Part shown: piece after piece, positions 13,456-26,700 of the stretch
Position numbering within the stretch: position 1 is the first letter of the stretch
Layout of the letters: each line of letters starts with the position of its first letter
Assembly (NCBI GenBank): GCA_043228905.1
Contig: JBHGNT010000004.1
Span: 25,668,001 to 25,732,000, forward strand
Source: Azolla caroliniana
Taxonomy: Eukaryota; Plantae; Polypodiophyta
Length of the DNA: 64,000 nt
Direction: 5' to 3'
Position numbers and translations under genes: made by a program
Notes under the pieces: model-generated
Seen by the model: the letters and a program-made list of their open reading frames with translations, nothing else
Databases searched by the model: none
What the model was told of the DNA's origin: nothing

Positions 13456-16064
13456 TTAGGAGGAGATGTGGGATGGACCCATCATCAACTCCAACTATTA
13501 AGTGTTGCAAGCCTTCATCGAGAATCGGGGCGCAACAAGCGGTAGGTATTGTTGTGGTATTGGAGAGTAGTCCACCTAAACCCTAAACCCGCTTTCGATT
13601 GCTCCTTCTTTCTTTGTTGCTCCTTGATGAGCAACAATTGTCCTTAGCTCGAGGCCAATTTGGCCTTACCTAGAGTTGTTTTGGGACCACCTTAAGTTTG
13701 AAAAAGAACCAACTAGGAACAATAATGGGGTCCCAAAGCCTGGTTAAGGAACTAAGAGACAATATTTTATGTAAATTCATTGTCAATACTTGGAAAAGTC
13801 CAGTGGTAGAGAGTGCTAGTCACTTGGAGACAGTTTTTACAATAGTTAACCCTTTTTCAATGGGTAAGAGAGATTAAAATAAAGAAAGGTATTAAGGGGA
13901 TATCCTTGAGTTTTGATGTGGCATCTCTACAATCGACGACACGTTACCTTGGTTGGTGTAGGCCTCCCATGTGATTCATTGCCCCATAGATCAGTTTGTT
14001 GACAAAACGTGGGCCTTGATTGTTATTATTGTTGTAATTAATTCTTACCATTTGAGCTACATTTTATTATCAACTAAATTTCTACCTCATTTCTTTCCCT
14101 CATAGTCACTTCGATGATAATCCTCACATATTGTAAACCTTGAAATTTAGAAACTTTTCTCCCTTCATATAGGCCACATCACGATATCAATAATTGGCAC
14201 CCAATAGGATACCTCTAGCTCCCAATCCAAAGAATCTCAAAACCTATGGAAAGGTTTCGAGAATGCAGACTGTGTCGTTGACAATGTAGTGTGTCTTCAT
14301 GGAACTCAGGTTACAATGTGTAGAGATAGCCTAGTTATGCAAACTATACCACATCCATCTTTGAGAGAGAGGATCGTCAAATCATCTTCCATGTGTGCCT
14401 TGAGGTTTGCATCAATGATCTCATCAAGCATATCAATGTTCTTGGCATGAAGGAGAATTGAGTGGTGGGGCCAAAGGGTCTTGGCAAACATTGGAGGCTT
14501 GGGCTCAAACTCATGAGTTAGAACACATGTTGTAAAAACGACAATGATCGTCTTGTTTGTAATTCTCTTGTCATGTGTCTTAATCGAGATCTGAATTAGG
14601 ATCTATGGTACCTAGTAATTCTAGTAGTTGCAATGATTCCTTTTGTGATGATTAAAATTCATGATACATCAACCCTCATGATCCAACACGTAGTAATTGG
14701 GTGAATTCATCCCAATAGAATTTGCACAATGGGTGTTTTCGGCTCTCAAAAATCTTCTTCCTTTAAACTCCAAGGGTACTCCATAATTATTGACTCCATG
14801 GGGTGGATGTTGGTAATCATTTTATTCATGCCGTTTGGAAAGGGTTTTTCATAGTGATTGACAACAACATCCAACAGTGAGGTCAAGAGGTTGACAACCC
14901 TCAAAGTCATATGTAGTGGGTCTTGAAGTGCCTAGAGGAATGTGCTCTTCAAGTTGTCAATATGGACACAATGAAGCAACTTTCAAATCAATTACATTGG
15001 AAGCTTATGATGAACTATGGTAGCCCATCCTGTGTACTTGGTAGATAATGTAGAATAGACATAGTTGGTTTGCTTTGATGAGATGTAGAGCTTAAACATG
15101 TGTCGAAAATATTTTCACACCAATGAAGGTTTGATTGGCATATTGTGCCCTTACAAGCTCACAACGTGGCCATCTATCGAGAAGTTGAGCTCAAGTGAGT
15201 GGGAAGGTGTTGGTGTCCCTGAGATTTATATGGAAGTTCAAAATGGACGACCATACTAACCACATTGTTTGCACATATGACAATAATGCTTTGTGGGTTG
15301 AGTAACATGTCCATTAATAACTAATTACGAGCCTTCCTACTAATAATGGTAGTGTATTGTGATCATTGCAAATAATTTCTCATGGTCAATATATACTTGC
15401 TAGAACAAATATGTGCTAGAAGAATGTTCCAAGCATAGTTCTCTATTGCTTATTTTCCCAAATATAATGAAACATTGAGATTCGTCAATGTTGTTAGTGC
15501 ATTACAAACCACTATAGTAAGAAAGCATATGATTTCTTCAAAACTTGAGGTGAGGACTCTCTATAATGTCATTCTTTGTAGTTTTTTCAGTCAATAAGTT
15601 TTGTTTGAGGCCCAAATACTCGTTTATTAATTACATCCATTAATTTAGTTCTTAGACATTGTTGAGTCTCTACATATATATTAATATTCGAGACTTTAAG
15701 GCTGCCCTCAAAACTGATGGCATCAAATGTAAGTGCTCAATTGCAATTTTGAAGGTAAGAGAGCCATGGAGATGAATAGTCAAAGCTTTACTTGCATACT
15801 AATGATAAGGATGTTAGTTACACATTGGACTCACCTAACTCATGAACAATTAATTTGTTTTATTTGAAAGTTGAAACTATACATATTATTTGAAAATGTA
15901 TTTATTTTTAGTGAAAGTATTATCGTTGATCAAGTGACAATAAGAATAGTAGGTTGATGGCATAGGACACAACTATAATAATTATGTGTTGAGGTTGATT
16001 TGATATCTGTTTAACAATGAAATAAGGTTTTCATGCATGGAAACTATCCATCAATTAAAATTAC

Positions 16065-16385
16065 ACAAGATACTCTTAATATTTAAAGCATGTTTGGTTG
16101 ACTATAAAGACCACAAATGTCATTCAATCAAATGGCACAACCTTTATATTAACCATAAGGATAAAAGAAGTGCAAGATGCTCCTAATATTTAAAGTGTGT
16201 TATTTTGACTTGAAAGCCTATAACTGTTATTCGATCAAATGGCAAGCTACACCACCTTTCTGCTAACCCTAAGGATGAATGAGGTGCAAGATACTTGAAA
16301 TCATTTTAAGTACACTCCAAATCCCACAAATGTTATTCCATAAAGTGGCACCACCATTTTCATAACCTTAAGGATAAAATGAGCA
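16065..16385. repeat. Degenerate tandem repeat, about 3 copies of ~110 bp
   Basis: Recurring blocks caagat..ctt/cctaatatttaaag, cacaaatgt.att, aaatggca/aagtggca and taacc.taaggat. Confidence 0.6.
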
Positions 16386-18860
16386 AAAGGCATTTTGGAA
16401 ATTGAAAGGGTCATAGGTAGTTCTGGGGGTTACAACTACTTTAGTAGAAGTAACAACCCAATATTAAGATTGCATATGACACCATACTAATATACTTTTG
16501 GGCATTTCTTTGCATCTTGGTTTTGAGCCTCACCATCTTCCCCACATGTTGAGGATGAGACCCTAGCTCTGGGTGACCATGAGATGATATGCTCCATTGT
16601 GAAAAAAACAAGATGAACTTTGTATATTCCATCAAAGAGACCACCAACTCATGCCATTGTCTACGTATATATTTCATAAAAAGGTTCTTGAAACTTAAGC
16701 CACACGTTTGTTTTCTATTATGTTGCTTCCAGAAAAGTACTATTGTGATATATCAAATATTCAAAAGAAGGGCAAATGGATTCCAAATTACATGCTTTGT
16801 GATCAAGATTCAAAACTAATTCTTTGGTGCTCTAACATGCTCTTTGTGGTGTGTAAAACATTTGTATGAAAATCATTTGCAACAAAGGTTCCATAGGGTT
16901 TACAATTGTAACTCACAACACCACATTAAAGATCTCATTATCAAAGCATGATGTGCAATTCAAAACCATATCATATTATAAGTATGGAAAAAAGGTGCAA
17001 ATTGACACATTGAACCTCATTGATCAAAGCATGATGCACCATTGAACTCATGCCACAATATATTTACCTACAAAACATTGCACAATGCAAAACCGCAATT
17101 TATAATTCAAGGTACAATGTTGTGTTGATTCCATGTGGGTGTTATTATTGAAGTGTTATATTGCGAAGATTCGAATCTTGGATAGTTGAAATCAAATTCA
17201 AAGATTTTACCAATCCATGGTGGATTGTCTTATTGGGCTTTAAATGGACATGTCCCATATGTGGTATTTTCATCCTCAATGGTTTACGTTATTAGGGGGC
17301 TCTTCTAGCCATACATCATTTTAGGGTTCAGAACTCTCATAGATGAACTTTGAAGCTTCCATGGACAATCCCTAATATAAAGTGTATTGTGGGCTCATTG
17401 ATCTTGCTCTAGCATATTGCATTGGTGAGTTCTCATTTATTTGCCATTTAGATCATATCGATCTACTGTATTGTGGGACCCCACATATTATGGCTATGTT
17501 AAGATAGAGCCCTCTATGCGCACATATTACTAGCTCACTTGTATAGAAGATGGAATATATCACATATTAACATGGCATGTAGGGCCTTTTGGACCAACAT
17601 TATCAAAGGGATTTGAGGGAAATTGTCCCATGCGAGAAAAGACACATTTATAAATGTACACATACATATGTGTGTGTATGCTTGCACACACTCATAAGTA
17701 TACACAAACATATATTTTATGTAGGGCATTGCAAACCATATAATGACCCCCTTATACTTTCATGTACTGGGCACACACACACACTTGAGTTCTAGTATTT
17801 GTTCCATTTACATGCACTATCATTTATATTTTTGTATTATCATCGTCTTCACTCTTGCCTTTTGATCTTATGATTTCCTATACTTCTATGTACACACGAT
17901 TGAGTTCTAGCCTTAGTTCCCTTGACACACACTATTGTGTGCATTTTTGGACTATAATCCTCTTCACGCTATGGTGTTTGATACTATTTGTGGGCTTTGG
18001 TAGCCTTGCCCTAAAGATAATATTATGGGGCTCTATGGGCATGTCTCATAGATCTTATTGATTGGGTCTTAGCTCTAGATATCATGCTCCATACATTAGA
18101 TGGTTCCAACATCCTTATCCTAAATGGTATATGAGACTTATAATTAGAGCTCACTAGTATAATATATCGAACATAACCATTAGAGCTAATTAATAGAATT
18201 TATGAGATATGCGTATCAAATATTGCTAGCACAATTTACGAATCATCACCATATGCAACTACTAACATGATTATAAAACATGGTTGTCAAAGCAAGCTTG
18301 TACAATCTACAAAGGACAACATATGGGTATAATCTTTGTAATCCAATTATATGATCTACAAAAGATAACCATTACAAGCCAAGTTTGGTGCTAATGTGAT
18401 TTATGGAACATGGCCATCACAAACCCAAGTTTCATGGATTGTAGCCCACTAATATGATATTTGTGAAATGTTCAGCACAACATTCGTCACAAGTGTGTTA
18501 ATAAAAAAACAAAAGAACATCAATGACCTCATTGTGGAAGAATATCAATGATACATTACTCTAGAGAACTTCAATGAATCATAACTCCGGAGAACATTGA
18601 TGACTTACCTACCATTCATTAGATAGAACCCATATTGTGGTGCTTACTTTGCCAGTTGTGTGATTGATTGTTTCACTTTCACTCTACTCCGACGTTGATG
18701 GGTGTGTGTGCAGAGTGACAAGAAATGTCCGGACACAAAGAAATGTTTTGTGTAGCGTATAGAGAGTCTTTTGTCACCCGAGAAGAGAGAGTATAAGCCT
18801 TCCCAATGCTAAAATGATAAATAGTTAATGTGTGGAAGCATTATTCCAAGTTATATATTT

Positions 18861-18965
18861 TTAGACAAGCATTATCAAAGGGATTGGACAAGCATTATCA
18901 AAGGGATTTGGACAAGCAACATCAAAGGAATTTGTCCCCATGGCATAGAGAGAGTGAGTAATCAC

Positions 18966-19021
<56 letters not shown>

Positions 19022-19040
19022 CGATACATATACATACATA
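18861..19040. repeat. 3x ~24 bp minisatellite followed by (CATACA)n microsatellite
   Basis: gacaagcattatcaaagggatt(t) repeated three times (third copy degenerate), then (CATACA)n. A related single copy is at ~17590-17630. Confidence 0.85.
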
Positions 19041-20133
19041 CACGCATTGAAAGAGAGATAGGTCTTGCACCGACCACGGGAAAAATGTTACAAGAACTCG
19101 ATCTGAGAGGATAGAAAGGGCAAGATTTCTTCAAGATCAAGGCTATGGAGAAGAAGAGGAAAGATCTTCACTGAAGAAAACAGAGGAAGTTGAGGACATT
19201 GAGTATAATTCGTTTCTTCTTCTTCTCTTTCCTTCCGTCTTTGTGGGTTCAGACCATTTATGGCATATAAATCGGTTGTTGTTATCTCTTCGCAATTCGA
19301 AGAAGCCCAAAGCTCGAAGCAGAGGTATGCTTCTTCTTCCCTGTTCCCCCATGAAGAAAAGTAGTAAATAATAATGTTTTCTTTATATTGCCCTTCACAA
19401 TCCAAGAGATGAAAATTGTAGAATTTGATCATGGGACTCGTAGATTATGTGATTTGTATTGGAATTGGGTCTTTGAAGTCATAGATTTACTTGATTTATA
19501 TTGGAATCTTGCTCTAGGATTAGAGTTGGGTAAATAGCTAGCATCACCTAGTGCGATAAGAGAGAAGAGGAGAGAGGGGCATGATGATCCATCACTGTCT
19601 TCGAGCAGCCAGTAGCATGCCAGGAGAAGAGAGAAGTATATAGAAATGGTAATCATTTACTTGATTTGTCTAAAAATCTGCCCTTACGTGCCACCATTTG
19701 CTTGATTTGTATTAAATAGAGGAATATGCCACTATGTGCTTGGTCGTCTTATCGAAATGGATAATCTTTTTCTTGGTTTATATTGAAGTAAAGAAATATA
19801 CTGCCATTTTCTTGTTTCAAATCGGAATGTTCCTTGGTAAACCTAGGACCATGTAGTTTGAGAAAGCGAAAGAGAGGAAGAGGAAAAGAGAAATGCCACC
19901 ATTTACTTGCTTGATCTATTCTGAAATAGAGGATTGTCCACCAATATTTCCCTAACGTAGACCCCAGTAAACCTAGTAATTATATACACTGATATAAAGA
20001 GATAGATAGATGAAGAAGAAGAGATCATAGAGACAATTGGCCACCATTTTGCTTGATTTAACAGATCCAGATAAACCTAACATCAAATATATATTGAGGT
20101 AAAAGAATAAATAAAGGGAAGAGGAAGAAAGAA

Positions 20134-21500
20134 ATGGCTACCAAGATTGATCCTCCCAATGGCGCAATGTCGGCCCCTGGAAAACACTACTTTATGCTGT
20201 GGCGGACAATCTTTGAAGTGGACCTGAGGTATGTACCCATCAAACCTATAGGGAAGGGTGCCTATGGGATTGTCTGCTCAGCCCGAGATGCAAACACAGG
20301 TGCCAAGGTCGCAATCAAGAGGAACACGAATGTTTTCGAGAATACTACTGATGCTCGTCGCACCCTGCGGGAGATCAAACTCTTACGACACCTCTTCCAT
20401 GAGAATATCATTGCAGTTAAAGACATCATGGTGCCTTCATCTAAGCATGCCTTTAAGGACCTCTATGTTGTTTATGAACTCATGGATACCGACCTTCACC
20501 AAATTATTCGCTCATCGCAGCTCCTCAACGATGACCATTACCAGTATCTCATATACCAGGTATATATTCTACGTTGAATTATGACTCTACATTGATGGTC
20601 ATTTAGGCGAGATAGGTGCCCATTAGCTTGTACATGGCTATTTTTGTTGGCTTCAGTCTGGTTAGCTATGGTCTTATTATAGTTCTAGGGTGAACTTCCT
20701 TGCCCTATGTCAATGTGGACGTTAATTCTACCATGTTTTCTTTAAAACCAGATATTGATGAGTGGGTGAAAATCATTTGACCATGTTATTGCATTGCCTT
20801 ACCATATGTGCAGTTGCTTCGAGGATTAAAATACTTGCACTCAGCGAATGTCCTACACCGCGATCTGAAGCCAAGTAACTTGCTCTTAAATGCTAATTGC
20901 GATCTCAAAATATGTGATTTTGGACTTGCTCGGACGGGTCCTGAGAAGGGGCAATTCATGACTGAGTATGTTGTGACCCGATGGTATCGAGCTCCTGAGC
21001 TTCTTCTTTCCTGTGATGAATATGGTAGCGCCATTGATGTGTGGTCGGTTGGATGCATCTTTGCCGAGCTTCTAGGCCGGAAGCCTATATTTCCAGGGAA
21101 AGACTATCTTCACCAACTCAAGCTCATCTTATCTACGATAGGAACACCATCTGAAGATGACCTTCACTTCATCCCTAATGAGACAGCCAGGAGCTTCATT
21201 CGATCACAACCTTCTACTCCTCGACTATCGCTTGCTAAGATCTACCCTAAGGCCAACCCTCTTGCGATTGATTTAATCGAGAAAATGCTTGTGTTTGATC
21301 CAAGGAAGAGGATCACTGTCATTGAAGCATTGAATCATCCTTATTTGGCAATGCTTCATGATGAGAATCTTGAGCCTATTGCTCCTGCCCGATTTGATTC
21401 AAGCTTTGAGGATGATGATCTAAAAGAGCATGATTTGAGAGAGAAGGTGTGGGGAGAGATGCTTTTCTATCATCCCGAGGCCAGCGTTGGAATATGCTAG
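20134..21500 (+). CDS. MPK: Mitogen-activated protein kinase, group C (MPK1/2/7/14-like), TEY activation loop, 370 aa
   Basis: Exons 20134-20559 and 20814-21500 (CAG|GT...CAG|TTG). Motifs [37 protein letters not shown]. The N-terminus [15 protein letters not shown] and the single coding intron fit group C. Confidence 0.96.
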
Positions 21501-22939
21501 AACCAAAGGAAAAGTCATTGTTACAGACCTAAAAACAATTGGCATGAGGTTTGAACACATATGAAGGAAGCTTTGGTTAAGGCAGTCGAAAAATGTTTCA
21601 GGTATGCATTATGGGGAAAATGCATGCTACTGCGAGAGAAAGATGTACATATTTGTGCACAGTTAAGTCACTATAACCTTATATGTAGGATTCAAACCAC
21701 CTTGTTAGTTATTTGCAACTCAAGTCACTATACTATTTGTGTAGGTAAATGACTTCTGCTCAGGATTTGAAGCTTTTATTAAAAATTTGTATATCTAGAT
21801 GCTTGTCATGTCATAAGTACACACAACTCTCAACTTTTCGAACTTGTGAGGATGTAGTGGAGAGATTGTTAATCTCTGCATATTTGTATTATGGAACATT
21901 GGGCACAATCTCCTACATTTGTTTGTTTCAAACATCGGAAAGTTGTGGTTATATAAGCACACAAAGTGCTTGACACATATGTATGAGGACCGAAGAACTC
22001 AAATATCTATAATATATTACCAAGAGCTTGCTTACTAAGTTTGTGATTGCTAGATAAATTTAAGAATTAAATTACAATATGAGAACTACAATCGAGCCAT
22101 AGGACCTTCAAGGAGGTTCCAATGCATGCTTCTAAGTTAAAGAGTATCAATTCAATCAACATTTTAGATATTTTGGAAGTCATAAAAGCTATCAAACTTC
22201 ATGATTGTGATGACATTAGTGCTTGCTTCATTATAAAGTAAGATATTATTTTTAGATCGTGCATTTGACTCCATTATTGCTATTTTTTGGAAACTCTAAA
22301 TCTAGATGTATACATAGCTACTATTGCCATCACCTTGTCATTCATAAAATAACTAGTGTTACATGCCATGCCTAATTAATCATGAACAATTACTTAGTGC
22401 CACACCCCAAAATAGATCATTATAGCCTACTATATTTCAAATAATCCATTAATTTCCATTATAGTATACATGTTTGAAATTCATTTTTCAATCTCAAACA
22501 ATGATGTTTACATAAAAATGAACTACAAAGGATTTCATTTATTGCAAGATGTACCAAACCATCTTGGCGTCAATGGACCTTGTCCAATGGAACATGACGA
22601 GTGGTTAACATACCTTGAAGTGCATTTTGACCTCATAAGACCTTATCTTATAAAACCTTGGTTTTATTTCAAATAGGAAGGTGCCATGTGATTAATTGTA
22701 CAAATCAATTAATGGATGTCATAATGTGTTGTGATTGATAAATGATGTGTTGAAAATTGGAGGGAGAGTATAAGATTGATGAAACGAGGCCTTAAATGTA
22801 TGAAGAAGCAATCAAGAATCATAATACCAATTGAAATGCATTGTAAGAGAACAAACGCACACATGTATCTAATGCATTAGTACATTGATCTCACATGTAT
22901 CTAATGATTATGCTTAATTTAATAATTATCACAAAATTG

Positions 22940-23170
22940 ATTTGCATTCGAGTATATTTCATCATTCGAGTAATGGTAAACACCCTCCAAATTTACCATA
23001 CTTTTGTATTCATTATTTATTATAAGGTAAAACTTTTTTTTTAAGGTAAGAAAGTTAAAGATAAAAAATGTAGAAAAAAACATAGTATGTTTTCATAACA
23101 TATGCATTAGTTTGCAAATGTATGAAAAAGAATGTTTGCAAATGCATTCGATATGTTCTATATGTTACGG
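22940..23170 (+). mobile_element. Short AT-rich dispersed repeat (MITE-like), copy A
   Basis: Reverse-complement homologue of 29790-30025 (shared taccatacttttgtattcattatttattataaggtaaa and tatgaaaaagaatgtttgc). Confidence 0.65.
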
Positions 23171-23767
23171 TCTATATGAGGCATCTCTCAAGTGAATATT
23201 CCATGTTGACTAGTATTTATTTATGAGTGGTTCATTTGAGAGCCATAACTACAAGACCCCAATTTATGGATCATCATCCTTGAACTCAAGGGGCTTGCCC
23301 CTAAAGAGTGTGCACAATTGGTTTACACAAAATGTACATCCTACCATGTTATTTCATAATATCACTTGACAAGATATTTTGACAAGGTACACGACAATAA
23401 GCTAGTAGTTTTTGCTCTCTTCTTTTGTTACTTATTTCAAAACCCATTTTATTAAATGTTTCAAAAGCAACCTACTAGAAGTTTAACATACCAAAATCAA
23501 GGGAGGTTATTGGCTTCTAGCATGTACATACATTGCTCCCATCCATCTCATAACAATGAATCTTTTATAGCAAATACACAAATTCAGTGATGGTGTACTT
23601 CTCACACATCGGAGTCAAAGAATTTGTAGCCCCCTTCCAACAATGCCCACCATCTACCCATCTAAAGGATGCTAAAAGAATCAACTGTTTGGCCTTTTCA
23701 TGATGAACCATCAAACTCTCTATACGTTTGACCACTACTCTTTAACGGTTCACAATTAAAGACATCT

Positions 23768-26700
23768 TCACTCTACTCCAGTATCAGCTCTCTTTAAATT
23801 AACTGAAGAAATCTTTCCACATATCCTTTGGTTCAAATAAATTACAATTGGACATATATACACCATACAATCTCCGACGAGATTTTGTTTAGCAAACCAT
23901 ATTTCTGTTTGCAGACTCGAGTTGTTTAATCCTTGAATACGCATCCTGTATTCACACACCTGGTTAAAAATTCTACAAACTCATACAAGCTTCTACAAAA
24001 TTGATGGGAGAGAATAATGAAAACACCTTGAGCTTCTTTCGTAGATCTTCGTCTTCTCGACCTCGTTGCTTAATTTCTCCTTCTAACTGTTGCCTTAGTC
24101 TATCCCTCTCCTGGACAACACCATGCAAGGATGCTTTTATCTCCTTCATTTTCTTTTCCAGATCGGATACCTGTCAATAATATAACATACATGTTTTTTC
24201 ACAGTAATCAGGTTATTCATGAAAAGAAACAAATTGTCACGGACATACATAATCTTTCTCTTAACACTCATGAAAAGGAACACATTCTCGCGGACATACA
24301 TATTTGTTCTCCTAAAATTCATGAAAAAGAACAAATTCTCATGGGCACATATAGTATTCATGAAAGTAAAAAAATACTCACGGACATACACATAAATTTT
24401 CTGCTATTATTTCATGCATGAAAAGGGAACTATAATATAACTACAATGGTTACAAGAGTAGTAGAGGTGATATATATAACCACTATTCTTATCAGCACCC
24501 CGGATGGTTCAACTTGGGTCACATTTCACTATGGGTCCCAATCGGAAGACTTGCATTTTAAAATGCCTACACCAATGAACACTTGACAGAAGAAGAGAAC
24601 ATAGAAGTTTCGCATAAGAAGCATTTCTTGTTAATACCTGAGAATAGAACCGTAATCGTATCAATTTCACATAAACTCTCCCCTCACAGTGTTCATCATC
24701 TGATAATAATAATTACTCAACTCCCTTTTTTAATGATAAACACTGGCAGGAGAATTTGAGTGGAATTTATAGAATTATATGGTCGTTGTCTACATCCAAA
24801 GGCTATAATGATGGTTTTCTTTCCCATTCATTTAACATCTACATGCTGGCAGTGCAATTTTTTTGTTTCACATTTAATGAAATGAAATTCAATAATAAAA
24901 GAGATACTTTTAAATTTGACTTACTTTTGCTTCAAGCTGGTTGTTCTTATCAACCTCCTTTAAAAATCTCTCCACGTCCACCTCATTCCTGAATATTAAT
25001 TTCCACAGTCAAATGTACGTACACTTATGAATGTGTCTTCTAGTCTTATGCACTACACTGTGACAAGGTTATAATTCGGTATATTTTGTGTTAAAAGTTC
25101 TCACCTATCAGGAGCTGGCAATATGCCTTCATTTCTTTCAAGAAATGATCTCACAGGATTGTTTGGACTATAGTTGGGTTCCACCCAATTTTCGCTCATA
25201 GTTCTTGTATCTTTATTGCCAAACTGCATACATGCATTCACATAGAGATATTGGCAAGTCGATGTATGTCAACATGTATGAAAGGGGTGATTGGGATGTT
25301 GTATGCATACCCATGGAAGAGAAGACGATGAATGATCTTCTACTTCATTAGTTTGGGGCAATGAGGAAGTTTGGAAGGATGGTTGTGGCATTTGTGAGAT
25401 GTGCTGATTTGGCATTCCTGATGTGTGTTGATCAATTGCCCTTTTCCTCATAAACACTCCACATTCATGAGATCCATCAGATTGAAATCCTAAGGTCACA
25501 CCTCAAATATGTCAAGACTCTTATTAAATATGGAAATTATTTACTGCAATCGAAGTTTTAGTGCAGATAAGAAGGAATTACTTTGAGCAGAATAACTTGT
25601 CTTTGATGCTTTTTTCGTTTTAGAATTGTAATAACCAATCAGATGGCAACAGTTTGACCTGTATTAACAAAAATGTAGTCAACAACGGTGTCGCAATAAA
25701 CTTAAAAGTATATTGTTGCATCCGTACCAATATGTCTTTTGCATTTGTAACAGTCGAGACTCAAGTCTGGCCAGAACATTTGTCTTTTCAAAACCTTGCT
25801 TGTCATGAGCAGGTTCCACAAAATTTGCTTCGAGAACGCCTACAGATCAGATACAGTAGAATCTCGTATTTTGTTGATTTCTCCATAATCATTATGGAAC
25901 TTTATTTCTAATCCAATCATATGGAGCATGGAAAACGAAGTCTTGTGACATACCAATGATACCTCTGCCTTGACTACTTGCTGAATTCCAGATTCGCCAG
26001 AATGGCTGTACAAGGCATACAGTTGTTGTAAGAGACTTTCAAAAAATCATGTTTGGTTTTGTAACTGGCCATATAAAAGAGATTGGCAAGCAACCTTAAT
26101 TAGCCTATTTTTGTGATACACATTGAATCCTTGCACATCAACATGGTCTTTTGCATCTTTTACAAAACCTACTGTTACAACTGCCACCATCTGAAAAGCA
26201 TCGGTATAACCCATTTTAGATACTGGAGGAGACTAAAATAGTAACATCTCCATGTAATACGCATGTAACTCTATCGTTTATAGTACGTATGAAAAATATG
26301 CAGTGTGGCAGCTTACATTTGATTCCTTCTGTACATTATCACTTCCACCATGAGGTTTATATGTGTGTTCTTGCGTGAACATCAGATCATTCACTAAGTT
26401 ATGGTGTTCAACATCCTTCCCCCGTAATATGATGCGAAACCCTGGGGGTAACCTCAGATATAAAATTGATGTGTAACTCTGTTTTGGTGAAAAGGTTAAT
26501 AAGACTTTAAATAAACATTTCATTAAATAATCTAATCTAAACCACAAAACTACCTACTCGTAAAGAGTGACGGTACGTAAGATAATGTCGTGAGTTTGGG
26601 AAGCGTTGTGCCATCACAATCTTTTTCTCATCACGATTTGCACCCCGTACTTGTATGTCCTACCATATGCACACAATGATATTGTTCAGATTTGCCCAAA

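Noticed and set aside
13500-15400. Possible transposon relic, including a short tgttgc...gcaaca inverted pair
   Set aside because: No diagnostic motif and no target-site duplication.
18828-19140. ORFs with HI/VY/VC dipeptide runs
   Set aside because: Translations of the (CATACA)n microsatellite.
24131-24421. Overlapping repetitive ORFs on both strands
   Set aside because: Produced by the intronic minisatellite; no protein similarity recognised.
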